This document shows positions 1 to 8,731 of a DNA stretch of 64,000 bases, one piece after another (within the stretch, counting starts at the first letter, position 1; each line of letters starts with the position of its first letter). This DNA is from Candidatus Dormiibacterota bacterium (GTDB taxonomy: Bacteria; Chloroflexota; Dormibacteria; Dormibacterales; Dormibacteraceae): positions 15,475 to 79,474 of the forward strand of contig DATBZR010000078.1 of NCBI GenBank assembly GCA_036513095.1. The letters run 5' to 3'. Under the pieces are notes generated by a model. That model searched no databases, had not been told where the DNA came from, and worked only from the letters and a program-made list of their open reading frames with translations. A program made the position numbers and the translations under genes.

Positions 1-690
1 CAGGCTGATCGGATCGACGCAGGCGATGGCAAGGGCTCCGGCCGCGTGAGCGCTCTCGGTGAGAGTCTTGGCGTCGACCAGGAGCCCGATGAAGTCGGGC
101 TGCTGGAAGATCACGGCGGCTGTCTTGGGTCCGGGCTCGGTGCCCTTGCGCACCTTGATCCCCCGCCCGTCGCTGAAGGCGCGCAGCACCTCCACGTACT
201 CGGGATGCAGGTAGCCCGCGACGACGATCTCGTTGCGGCCGGTGTGGATGTGGGCCATCATCGCCGCCTCCGCGACGGCCGTGGCGCCGTCGTACAGCGA
301 CGCGTTCGCAACGTCCAGCGCGGTCAGCTCCGCGATCAGGGTCTGGAACTCGAAGATCGCCTGAAGCGTGCCCTGGCTGGCCTCCGGCTGGTACGGCGTA
401 TATGCCGTGTAGAACTCGGGTTTTGACGTGACCGCCGCCACCGCCGCCGGTATGAAGCGGCGGTAAACGCCGCCGCCGCGAAACGTGAGGCGGTCGGGGA
501 AGACTCGATTCCGGGCCGCGAGCGACGTGATTTGAGACATGGTCTCGTGCTCCGACAGCCCGAGGGGAAGATCGAGGGCTTTGATCCGCAGCGACCTGGG
601 GATGTCGACCAGCAGATCGTCCATCGACTTGACGCCGATCGCCTCCAGCATCGACGTGCGGTCTTCGTCGGAATGGACGAGGTACGGCAC
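1..690 (-). CDS. gcvPA: glycine dehydrogenase (aminomethyl-transferring) subunit 1; 3' end runs off the window
   Basis: Not in the ORF track because it is open to the window edge. Manual minus-strand translation from GTG (688-690) gives VPYLVHSDEDRTSMLEAIGVKSMDDLLVDIP...YTPYQPEASQGTLQAIFEFQTLIAELT, a GcvPA-type N-terminus. It starts directly after the gcvH stop (691-693). Confidence 0.85.
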   Translation of the reverse strand, partial: MPYLVHSDEDRTSMLEAIGVKSMDDLLVDIPRSLRIKALDLPLGLSEHETMSQITSLAARNRVFPDRLTFRGGGVYRRFIPAAVAAVTSKPEFYTAYTPYQPEASQGTLQAIFEFQTLIAELTALDVANASLYDGATAVAEAAMMAHIHTGRNEIVVAGYLHPEYVEVLRAFSDGRGIKVRKGTEPGPKTAAVIFQQPDFIGLLVDAKTLTESAHAAGALAIACVDPISL

Positions 691-1071
691 CTAGTGCGCG
701 CCCGCCTCCGCCACTTTCTTGTACTCAGCCTCGTCCAGGAGGTCCCCCGGCAGGTCACCGGTGAGCTCGAGCTTCAAGATCCACCCGTCCCCGTATGGAT
801 CGGAATTGATCAGCTCCGGTTTCGAGGTCAGCTTGTCGTTGACAGCGGTCACGCGTCCCGCGACGGGCGAGTAGAGGTCGCTTGCGGCCTTGACCGACTC
901 GATCACTCCGAAGCTTTCTCGCAAGGCGAGCTTGCGGCCTATGCTCGGCAGCTCGAGGAAGACGACGTCGCCCAACTGCGACTGAGCGAAGTCGGTGATG
1001 CCCACGGTCACGGTCTTGGCGTCGACCGTGACCCACTCGTGCGTCTTCGTATAGCGGCGCTCGTTCGACAC
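691..1071 (-). CDS. gcvH: glycine cleavage system H protein (lipoyl carrier)
   Basis: 126-aa ORF with YTKTHEWV...GITDFAQ..LGDVVFLELP...ESVKAASDLYSPVAG..., the GcvH lipoyl-lysine motif. Flanked by gcvT and gcvPA. Confidence 0.95.
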   Translation of the reverse strand: MSNERRYTKTHEWVTVDAKTVTVGITDFAQSQLGDVVFLELPSIGRKLALRESFGVIESVKAASDLYSPVAGRVTAVNDKLTSKPELINSDPYGDGWILKLELTGDLPGDLLDEAEYKKVAEAGAH

Positions 1072-1101
1072 TTTTCTATCCTCGCTGATTCCGGCGGCCG
1101 G

Positions 1102-2250
1102 TCAAGACTTGGCCGGGGCGGCGGCCGATCGCGCCGAACCCCGATAGAAAGGAAGCTTCACGACCTCAGCCGGTGCCTCGCGGCCTCGAACCTCGATCGT
1201 CACCTTGTCTCCAACTCGCAATGATGGGCCCTCCAGCAACGCGAGCGCGATGGGGTGGCCGAGGAAGAAGGAATGCGTTCCACTCGTGACGACGCCGATT
1301 CGGCGCCCCGCGTGGCTGACAGCCGCCCCATGACGTGGAATGTTGCCTGCTTCGGTTTGGAGACCGTTGAGGTGGCGCCGCGGCCCCTGCTCCTTCACCT
1401 TCGCGAGCGCATCGCGACCGATGAAGTCGCCCTTGGCAAGCTTGACCGTCCAGCCGAGGCCCGCCTCATAGGGGTTGACCGTCTCGTCCATGTCGTTTCC
1501 GTACAGCCGCAGCGCGGCTTCGAGGCGGGTGGCGTCCCGCGCGCCGAGACCGGCGGGCAGCACGCCCTCGGCCTTGCCCTCGGCGAGGATGGCGTCCCAC
1601 GCCTCTCCCACGCGTCCTGACTCGATGAACAGCTCGAAACCGTCCTCTCCCGTGTAGCCGGTACGCGAGATGAGCGCGGGAACGCCGGCGACCTTGCCGG
1701 GCCGAAATGCGAAATATGGGATGTCATCGGTCGCCGATGAGCCGTGCGGCAGGAGCGCGTGCGCGCGCGGACCCTGGAAGGCGATCAGGCTCATGTCGTT
1801 GGTGTGGTCCTCCATCGACACGCCGGCCGGGATGTGCTTTCGCATCCACTCGATGTCCTTTTCGCGATTGGACGCATTGACCACCACCAGGAAACGATCT
1901 GCAGCCTCGCGATAGACGACCAGGTCGTCGATCGCCCCGCCATCCTCCTTGCACATGAGCGTGTAGATCGCCTGGCCTTCAGCGAGCGCAGCAAGGTCGT
2001 TGGTGAATAGGCCCTGCAGATAGGATTCCGCGGCGGCCCCCTCCACGACGAGACGGCCCATGTGCGAGATGTCGAACAGACCAGCCGACTTGCGAACGGC
2101 GAGGTGCTCGTCACGGATCGACGTGTATTGCTGCGGCAGCTCCCAGCCTCCGAAGTCGACCATGCGGCCGCCAAGCGCCACGTGCCTGTCGTAAAGGGGT
2201 GTGCGGTGGGGTGCGCTAGCTGTCAAATTCAACGCGCTCGTCGTCGTCAT
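1102..2250 (-). CDS. gcvT: aminomethyltransferase (glycine cleavage T protein)
   Basis: The 487-aa track ORF carries an Arg/Ser-rich out-of-context N-terminal extension. The conserved part starts at ATG 2248-2250 (MTTTSALN..RTPLYDRHVALGGRMVDFGGWELPQQY...). The start is approximate; TTG alternatives lie just downstream. Confidence 0.9.
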   Translation of the reverse strand: MTTTSALNLTASAPHRTPLYDRHVALGGRMVDFGGWELPQQYTSIRDEHLAVRKSAGLFDISHMGRLVVEGAAAESYLQGLFTNDLAALAEGQAIYTLMCKEDGGAIDDLVVYREAADRFLVVVNASNREKDIEWMRKHIPAGVSMEDHTNDMSLIAFQGPRAHALLPHGSSATDDIPYFAFRPGKVAGVPALISRTGYTGEDGFELFIESGRVGEAWDAILAEGKAEGVLPAGLGARDATRLEAALRLYGNDMDETVNPYEAGLGWTVKLAKGDFIGRDALAKVKEQGPRRHLNGLQTEAGNIPRHGAAVSHAGRRIGVVTSGTHSFFLGHPIALALLEGPSLRVGDKVTIEVRGREAPAEVVKLPFYRGSARSAAAPAKS

Positions 2251-2863
2251 CGAAGTCGATCTCGGCAGGATCGATGAACTCGAGCATCTCTTCGTCGTGG
2301 CGACGGCGCCCGTCGGCGACCACACGGCCGACGTAGCGCGCACGGTCGACCGTCCACTCCAACTTCTCAGCGAGCTCGCTCTCAGTCGGTTCACGCTCGA
2401 GCTCGCGGCGCATGACCAGCTGAGCGTGCTCGTAGTCGGTGGCGGCGGCGACCAGCAGTTCCTCATCACGCACGGCGGTCGCCTCGATCGCAATCGCCTC
2501 GTCCATCTGACTTCGAATGCACTGCTCGGCGAATGGCTCGAACTCACTCGCGCCGCTGACGGCAAAGGAGCGGACGGCCTCGACGAGTCCGATCGATCCC
2601 TCCTGAACCAGGTCGGGTGTCGAAAAGCCCCGTTGATCGCGCTCCGCCGCGAGCCGGATCACCAGGCCCAGGTTGGCTGCAACCACCCGTTCCTGGCTGG
2701 CCCTATCGCCAAGCCCGGCTCGTTGGAGCAGCTGCGTCAGCTCGTCGCGGCTCAGGGGCTGGATCGCCTCGGCCTGGCGCATCAGGTCCCGCATCGTCTC
2801 GGCGTCGCCGTCGCCTATTGGAGGACGTATGGCGTGGTTCTGCTGGTCGCGGCTTACCCCCAT
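2216..2863 (-). CDS. sigma-70-like protein with regions 1.2/2/3 only (no region 4), acidic C-terminal tail
   Basis: VVAANLGLVIRLAAERDQRGFSTPDLVQEGSIGLVEAVRSF matches the sigma-70 region 2.1-2.2 pattern. RELEREPTESELAEKL matches region 3. The protein ends ...EEMLEFIDPAEIDFDDDDERVEFDS right after the region 3.2-like segment. Start chosen at ATG 2861-2863 (MGVSRDQ), because the longer track ORF overlaps the NfeD gene region on the opposite strand. Confidence 0.55.
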   Translation of the reverse strand: MGVSRDQQNHAIRPPIGDGDAETMRDLMRQAEAIQPLSRDELTQLLQRAGLGDRASQERVVAANLGLVIRLAAERDQRGFSTPDLVQEGSIGLVEAVRSFAVSGASEFEPFAEQCIRSQMDEAIAIEATAVRDEELLVAAATDYEHAQLVMRRELEREPTESELAEKLEWTVDRARYVGRVVADGRRRHDEEMLEFIDPAEIDFDDDDERVEFDS

Positions 2864-2975
2864 GAATCTGAAGTTTACGACGCGTCCCAGCCGGCCCCGG
2901 TCCTTTGGCGCCGGCGGACCGGATGTTCCACGTTTTACATGGCACCGGGCTTTGAGGATTGCCATACTCCGTGAC

Positions 2976-4307
2976 ATGCGGAGGCGGTCGGCGCTGACGT
3001 TCGGTTTCGTGCTGTTCGCCCTGGCCGTCCTGCTCCCTGCGCATGCCGCGGCCGCCACCCCTCATGTTGAGCGCGCGGACCTGGTCGGCGACATCAACAC
3101 CATCATGGCCGCCTACATGGAAGGGGCGGTCAGTCGCGCCGAGTCTGATCACGCCGACGCGCTGCTGGTCGTGATCAACACGCCAGGCGGAATCTCCACT
3201 TCGATGGACGACATCGTCACCAGTCTTCTCAACTCAAAAGTCCCGGTGATCGCCTACGTCTACCCGAGCGGTGCGCGTGCAGCGTCAGCCGGGCTCTTCG
3301 TCTCTGAAGCGGCAGACGTCCTGGCTATGGCCCCCGGAACCAACATCGGATCGGCGCATCCGATCGATGCCTCCGGGGCAAACCTGACCGGTGATCTAGG
3401 CACCAAAGTCCTCAACGACGCGGTGACTCGGGTGCGTAACCTCGCCACCATTCACGGACGCAATGCCGACTGGGCGGAGCAGGCGGTGCGCAACAGCGTC
3501 AACATCAATGCCGAAGACGCGGTCAGGCTTCACGTCGCCGACCTGGAGGTCTCGGATCCGGCGACGCTGTTGAACCTCGTCGACGGGCGCACCGTCTCCC
3601 GGCCCAGCGGGGCTCTCGTCCTTCACACGGCCGGCGCGACGATCGACGACATGCCGATGCCGTTCTGGCAGGTCCTCCTCAACGCCTTGATCGATCCGAC
3701 CATCGCCGCCCTGCTCATCATCGTCGCCGGCTACGGGATCATCACCGAGCTGTCCAATCCAGGGGCGATCCTCCCCGGGGTCGTGGGAGGCGTGGCGGCG
3801 ATCCTCGCCATCGTGTCTCTGGCCAACCTCCCGGTCAACATTGCCGGCGCCTTGATGATGCTGCTGGCGCTGGTCCTGTTCATCGCGGACCTCAAGGCGA
3901 ACACGCACGGGATCCTGAGCACCGGAGGCGCGTTCGCGCTCGTGCTCGGGATGGCTTTCCTGGTCAACACCGGGCCCATCGGGCTCGGCGTCAGCCCCGT
4001 CGTCGCCCTGGGCACCGCGGTAGTCACGCTGGGCTTCTTCCTGGTGTTCCTGCGCAAGATCTGGAACGCGAGGCGCGCTCCACCTTTCGTCGGCGTCGAG
4101 AGGATGGTCGGAGCCATCGGAGAAGCGCGCGAAGAGCTTGCTCCGGAAGGTCTAGTCTTTGTCTCAGGAGCGCTCTGGAAAGCTCTCGCGACGCCCGAGC
4201 CGATCCATGCCGGAGCGCCCGTACGGGTGGTGGGTCGGGATGGGCTTCAGTTGAAAGTGGTCCCCGGCGAGAGCGGCGGGAACGTCGCGATTAAGGAGAA
4301 GAGCTAG
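2976..4307 (+). CDS. nfeD: NfeD-family membrane-bound ClpP-class serine protease
   Basis: From ATG 2976: signal-like MRRRSALTFGFVLFALAVLLPAHA, then a ClpP-like domain (VVINTPGGISTS...ASAGLF), multiple TM helices and a C-terminal OB-like NfeD domain. Immediately followed by an overlapping stomatin gene. Confidence 0.85.
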   Translation: MRRRSALTFGFVLFALAVLLPAHAAAATPHVERADLVGDINTIMAAYMEGAVSRAESDHADALLVVINTPGGISTSMDDIVTSLLNSKVPVIAYVYPSGARAASAGLFVSEAADVLAMAPGTNIGSAHPIDASGANLTGDLGTKVLNDAVTRVRNLATIHGRNADWAEQAVRNSVNINAEDAVRLHVADLEVSDPATLLNLVDGRTVSRPSGALVLHTAGATIDDMPMPFWQVLLNALIDPTIAALLIIVAGYGIITELSNPGAILPGVVGGVAAILAIVSLANLPVNIAGALMMLLALVLFIADLKANTHGILSTGGAFALVLGMAFLVNTGPIGLGVSPVVALGTAVVTLGFFLVFLRKIWNARRAPPFVGVERMVGAIGEAREELAPEGLVFVSGALWKALATPEPIHAGAPVRVVGRDGLQLKVVPGESGGNVAIKEKS

Positions 4308-5125
4308 TGGACATCGGAGTTCTCACTGTCATCGCGGTGATCCTCGTGCTCGCGGTGATCGTCGCGTTCTCCAGCCTTCGGATCGCCAACGAGTACGAGC
4401 GCGGCGTGGTGTTCCGTTTGGGCCGGCTCATCGCGCTGAGGGGGCCCGGACTCTTCTTCATCATCCCGTTCGGGGTCGACCGCCTCGTCAAGATCGACCT
4501 TCGCGTCATCACGCTCGAGGTGCCTCCGCAGGAAGTCATCACGAACGACAACGTCACCGCCAAGGTCAATGCGGTCATCTACTTCCAGGTCATCGATGCA
4601 CGCAAGGCCGTGACCCAGGTCCTCAACTACATCAACGCGACTTCGCAGATCGCGCAGACCACCCTGAGGGCGGCTCTTGGACAGGCGACGCTGGATGAGC
4701 TGCTCGCGAATCGAGAAAAGATCAACCAGAACTTGCAGAAGATCATCGACGAGCAGACGGAGCCCTGGGGCATCAAGGTCGCGGTGGTCGAGATCAAGGA
4801 TGTGGAGCTACCGAGCACGATGCAGCGCGCGATGGCGAAGCAGGCCGAGGCCGAGCGGGAGAAGCGGGCAAAGATCATCAACGCCGACGGCGAGTTCCAG
4901 GCCTCGCAAACGCTGGCCAACGCCGCCCAGGTCATCTCTTCGCAGAAGGGCGCCCTCCAGCTGCGATTCCTGCAGACCATGGTGGAGATCGGCTCGGAGA
5001 AGAACACGACCATCCTCCTTCCGTTCCCGATCGAGCTCATCCGGCCCTTGATCGACATGGCCCCCGCCCCGGAGGATGGAGCGCCGCCGAAACCTCTACC
5101 CGCGCAGAGCTCTAAGCCAGGCTGA
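4307..5125 (+). CDS. SPFH/band-7 (stomatin-like) protein
   Basis: GTG start overlaps the NfeD stop (TAGTG), with AAGGAG 9-14 nt upstream. N-terminal TM helix followed by EYERGVVFRLGR...PPQEVITNDNV...EIKDVELP, a typical stomatin/SPFH pattern. Confidence 0.9.
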   Translation: MDIGVLTVIAVILVLAVIVAFSSLRIANEYERGVVFRLGRLIALRGPGLFFIIPFGVDRLVKIDLRVITLEVPPQEVITNDNVTAKVNAVIYFQVIDARKAVTQVLNYINATSQIAQTTLRAALGQATLDELLANREKINQNLQKIIDEQTEPWGIKVAVVEIKDVELPSTMQRAMAKQAEAEREKRAKIINADGEFQASQTLANAAQVISSQKGALQLRFLQTMVEIGSEKNTTILLPFPIELIRPLIDMAPAPEDGAPPKPLPAQSSKPG

Positions 5126-5163
5126 GCGGCCACCCCGTCCTGGACGCGGCGTCGGCTGCGACG

Positions 5164-6228
5164 GTGGTGCTGACGCCGCTGCCTCTGATCATCGCGGCCA
5201 ACATTGCGGTAGGACGGCAATGGGCCCATCAAGCGATCGCGATCCTGGGCGGCATCACGGCCGGGCTCGCCTTCCTGATCGGTGCTCTGGACGCAGCGGG
5301 CGCCATCAGCGTGTTCGTGCTACCGAATGGTGAAAGCCGGATTCCGCTGGACGTGGGCCTCATGACCAGCGCGCTGGTCGCGGCGACGGTTACGTCCAAA
5401 CCGGTGCGTGATCGACTTTCGCGGCACCTGCCGCTGGATCCAGACAATCCGGTTCACGCGTTGGCCCTCGTGCTGGGTGTGCTCTTCTTTGGCACGCAGG
5501 TCTCGGCCATCCTGTTCACGAGCGCGGCAAGCTCCTCCCCCAGCGCGCTCAGCGTTGGCGACTTGCTCGCCCAGGATGCCGGACTCCTTGTCCTCGCGGC
5601 GGCTGGGGTCGGCATTTTCATTCGGCGTGACGTCACCCAGGCGGCCGCGAGGCTTGGGCTGGTCAGGCCCGCGTGGTGGCAGGTGGTGCTTGCGCTCGCC
5701 ACCGCCGGGGCCATGTTCGCCTTCAGCGTCGCGATGATCGAGCTCAGCCGCAGCTGGACTCCCGACCTCTTCCGGGAGGTGAGCGTGAACACGAATCAAC
5801 TCTTCGGAGGACTCGTCAGCGCCCCGATGGGGATCCTGTTGCTCGCCATTGCGCCAGGCCTCAGTGAGGAGATCCTGTTCAGAGGCGCGCTTCAACCGCG
5901 CATCGGGCTCATCGCGACGGCGCTGCTGTTCACGGCGTCTCACGCGCAGTACGGGCTGTCGTTGATCCTCGTGTCGGTGCTCGCATCCGCGCTCGGTCTC
6001 GGCCTGTTGCGAAAGTTCACCAACACCACGACGTCCGCGATTTCGCATGCTGCCTACAACCTCCTGGTTGGAATTGGGCTGGCAGATTCCCAGGTCGGTG
6101 TAGCGATTGGGATCGAGCTGGTTCTGGTCGCGATTTCCGCCTACGCGATCTGGTCGCACCTGCGCGGCCCGGCCAGGCCGGTTGAACCCTTAACAAGCAG
6201 CGTTGCGGAACCGAAAAGAATCGAATAG
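5164..6228 (+). CDS. CPBP-family intramembrane glutamic endopeptidase (CAAX protease-like)
   Basis: Polytopic membrane protein with the CPBP motifs EEILFRG, FTASHAQY and HAAYN. The start is uncertain. Confidence 0.75.
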   Translation: MVLTPLPLIIAANIAVGRQWAHQAIAILGGITAGLAFLIGALDAAGAISVFVLPNGESRIPLDVGLMTSALVAATVTSKPVRDRLSRHLPLDPDNPVHALALVLGVLFFGTQVSAILFTSAASSSPSALSVGDLLAQDAGLLVLAAAGVGIFIRRDVTQAAARLGLVRPAWWQVVLALATAGAMFAFSVAMIELSRSWTPDLFREVSVNTNQLFGGLVSAPMGILLLAIAPGLSEEILFRGALQPRIGLIATALLFTASHAQYGLSLILVSVLASALGLGLLRKFTNTTTSAISHAAYNLLVGIGLADSQVGVAIGIELVLVAISAYAIWSHLRGPARPVEPLTSSVAEPKRIE

Positions 6229-6432
6229 CGTCGCGCTAAGGTGCGCAGGCGGGGGCAATCATTTGGTCCCATCCTCATCGCCGCTTGCGCGCAGGGCCGG
6301 CCCGGGACAGGGAGGGCCCGCCAGGGCCATCTGAATTTGGCGCTTCGAACCCGCTATCCTGCCGTCGGAAGCCTGCCGGCCGCGTTGACAACCCGGCTAG
6401 GCACCCGGCCGAATCTGAACTAGAATCCGAGC

Positions 6433-7248
6433 ATGCCCCCAGATATAGGATCCCTGGAGCGTACCAACCCCAAGATGTTGGCTACCACCACCCCACCCAT
6501 TCTTGCGGTGGTCAACCAGAAGGGGGGTGTGGGAAAAACGACCACGGCCATCAACCTGGGGGCGGCGCTGGCCGAGCTGGGCCACCAAACGCTGCTGGTC
6601 GATCTCGATCCGCAAGCCAATTCGACCTCCGGGCTTGGCCTGGACCCGACCCGAGCTCGGCTCAACATCTATCACCTGCTGACCGGCGAAGCCGAGGTGC
6701 AACAGGTGCAGCAGCCGACCGGAGTCACAGGGCTCATGCTCGTTCCATCTCATATCGACCTCGCCGGGGCGGAAATCGAGCTCGCCGCGCTCGACGATCG
6801 CGAGACGCTGCTGCGAAGGGCGCTGTCGGCGCCCCAACCCGGGCTGGAGTGCGTGATCATCGACTGCCCGCCATCACTCGGCCTGCTCACCCTCAACGCG
6901 CTGACCGCCGCCACCAGCATGTTGATTCCGACTCAGTGCGAGTACTTCGCTTTGGAAGGCCTGCGACACCTCATGTATACGCATCAGCTGGTCCGCTCAC
7001 GCCTCAATCCGAAGCTTGTCATCGCAGGCATCCTCATGACGCAATTTGACGCGCGCACGACCCTGTCGTGGGATGTTCTCGAATCGGTGCGCCGTTCATA
7101 CCCGCACGAAGTCCTCCAAACGCTGATACCCCGCAACGTCCGCATCAGCGAGGCGCCGAGTCACGGCAAATCGGTAATCGAATACGACCCCACATGTCGA
7201 GGCGCGATCGCGTATCGCGCCCTCGCGAAGGAGCTGCTGGAACGATGA
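6433..7248 (+). CDS. parA: chromosome partitioning ATPase ParA/Soj
   Basis: Deviant Walker A NQKGGVGKTTTAINLG, plus LLVDLDPQANST. Confidence 0.9.
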   Translation: MPPDIGSLERTNPKMLATTTPPILAVVNQKGGVGKTTTAINLGAALAELGHQTLLVDLDPQANSTSGLGLDPTRARLNIYHLLTGEAEVQQVQQPTGVTGLMLVPSHIDLAGAEIELAALDDRETLLRRALSAPQPGLECVIIDCPPSLGLLTLNALTAATSMLIPTQCEYFALEGLRHLMYTHQLVRSRLNPKLVIAGILMTQFDARTTLSWDVLESVRRSYPHEVLQTLIPRNVRISEAPSHGKSVIEYDPTCRGAIAYRALAKELLER

Positions 7249-8087
7249 GCCAACCACGCTTGCGCGGTCTCGGTCGCGGACTCGAGGCCTTGATCCCGAT
7301 GTCCCGCGACGGAGAGGCCCAGGTGCCGCAGATGATCGCGGTGGACCAGATCCGACCTTCGCACCAGCAGGTCCGCACGCGATTCGACGCCGAACCGCTG
7401 GGCGAGCTCGCCGAATCGATCCGACTTCACGGCGTGCTCCAGCCTCTGCTCGTGCGAAAGCTGGCCGACGGCTTCGAGCTCATCGCCGGCGAGCGCCGGT
7501 GGCGCGCAGCGAGGCTCGCGGGCTTGTCCGCGGTCCCCGCAGTCGTGCGCAGCGACGCCAGCAACGACCAGCAGCTCGTGCTCGGACTCATCGAGAACCT
7601 GCAGCGCGCCGACCTCGACCCGATTGAAGAGGCGCGCGGCTTGCGGCGCTTGACTGACGAGTTCGGTCTCACGCACGAAGAGGTCGCGCAGCGGATAGGC
7701 AAGCATCGCGTGTCGGTGACGCAGTCATTGCGACTTCTCGCGGGCTGCCCCGCCATCCAGTCCGCCGTGGCCGCGGGCGTCATCAGCGCGGGACACGCAC
7801 GTGCTCTCGTCGCGCTCGAAGGCCAGGCCCCGCAGGAGCACGGCCTCAAGGTCGTGGTCGCCCGTCACCTGTCCGTTCGGCAGACCGAGAACTGGGTCAG
7901 AACCTACCGTCCACGAAAGAAGCAGCGGGTCGACTCGACCGCCGAGCTGCGTACCATGGCGGCCGGCGTCGAGTCCAGGCTCGGCCTGCCGATGAAGCTG
8001 ACCGGAAGTCTCAACCGCGGCAAAATCGAACTTCGCTATTCGAGCCGCGAAGAGTTGGAGCGGGTCTGCGCTAAGCTCCTCTCCTAA
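7245..8087 (+). CDS. parB: chromosome partitioning protein ParB/Spo0J
   Basis: ATG 7245 overlaps the parA stop (ATGA). Contains GLGRGLEALIP, LIAGERRWRAARLAG and LIENLQRADLDPIEEA. Confidence 0.9.
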   Translation: MSQPRLRGLGRGLEALIPMSRDGEAQVPQMIAVDQIRPSHQQVRTRFDAEPLGELAESIRLHGVLQPLLVRKLADGFELIAGERRWRAARLAGLSAVPAVVRSDASNDQQLVLGLIENLQRADLDPIEEARGLRRLTDEFGLTHEEVAQRIGKHRVSVTQSLRLLAGCPAIQSAVAAGVISAGHARALVALEGQAPQEHGLKVVVARHLSVRQTENWVRTYRPRKKQRVDSTAELRTMAAGVESRLGLPMKLTGSLNRGKIELRYSSREELERVCAKLLS

Positions 8088-8092
8088 AAAAG

Positions 8093-8716
8093 ATGGCCGC
8101 ACCCCTTCCCCACGCGGCCCAACCCGCGCCAGCCGCAAGCTCCAGCGCCTCTTCCCTGCTCCGGGAGGTCGCCGAGGTCGTCGTGCTGGCGATCATCCTC
8201 TATTTCGGGATCAGCTTCGTTGTCCAGGCCGTGCACGTCGAGGGGCTTTCCATGTACGCAACGCTGGACGACAACGATTACCTGATCGCCAACAAGATCG
8301 ACTATCGATTGCACCCGCCGCAGCGCGGCGACATCATCATCCTGCGCCCGCCGACCGACAACTCGAAAGACTTCATCAAGCGCGTCATCGCGCTTCCGGG
8401 CGAAAGACTTCTGATCCGCGACGGATTTGTTTACATCAACGGACACAAGCTGGACGAGCCCTACCTGCCAGAAGCATGGACAACGCTCAACAATCCCGCT
8501 CCCTGGAGCGTGGGCGACGGCGCGGTGATTCCCGCCAACGAGTATTTCGTAATGGGCGACAATCGCAATCGCTCGCAGGATTCACGCATCTTCGGTCCGA
8601 TCGGGCGGGATCGGATTGACGGCCGCGCATGGTTTCGCATCTGGCCGCTCGACCATTTCGGCAACATCTACGCGCAGGAACCGATCCTCGAAACCTCGAC
8701 CACGTTCGCCGGCTGA
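8093..8716 (+). CDS. lepB: signal peptidase I
   Basis: Contains GLSMYATL, RGDIIILRPP, FIKRVIALPGE and YFVMGDNRNRSQDSR, the S26 catalytic Ser/Lys boxes. Confidence 0.9.
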   Translation: MAAPLPHAAQPAPAASSSASSLLREVAEVVVLAIILYFGISFVVQAVHVEGLSMYATLDDNDYLIANKIDYRLHPPQRGDIIILRPPTDNSKDFIKRVIALPGERLLIRDGFVYINGHKLDEPYLPEAWTTLNNPAPWSVGDGAVIPANEYFVMGDNRNRSQDSRIFGPIGRDRIDGRAWFRIWPLDHFGNIYAQEPILETSTTFAG

Positions 8717-8731
8717 CCCCGGCCGTCCAGG

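Noticed and set aside
2251-2565. N-terminal 105-aa extension of the gcvT track ORF
   Set aside because: The extension is Ser/Arg-rich, has no GcvT homology, and overlaps the sigma-like gene. The conserved GcvT N-terminus begins near 2250.
2924-2939. parS-like sequence TGTTCCACGTTTTACA, together with a general search for TGTTTCACGTGAAACA near parAB
   Set aside because: It has four mismatches and has lost palindromic symmetry. No convincing parS was found by eye anywhere in the window, though sites may lie outside it.
6385-6432. TTGACA (6385-6390) and TAGAAT (6421-6426) upstream of parA as a sigma-70 promoter, possibly giving a leaderless mRNA
   Set aside because: The two hexamers are 30 nt apart, far from the 16-18 nt optimum. 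TAGAAT 6 nt before the ATG could in principle give a leaderless transcript, but a single hexamer is not enough evidence.
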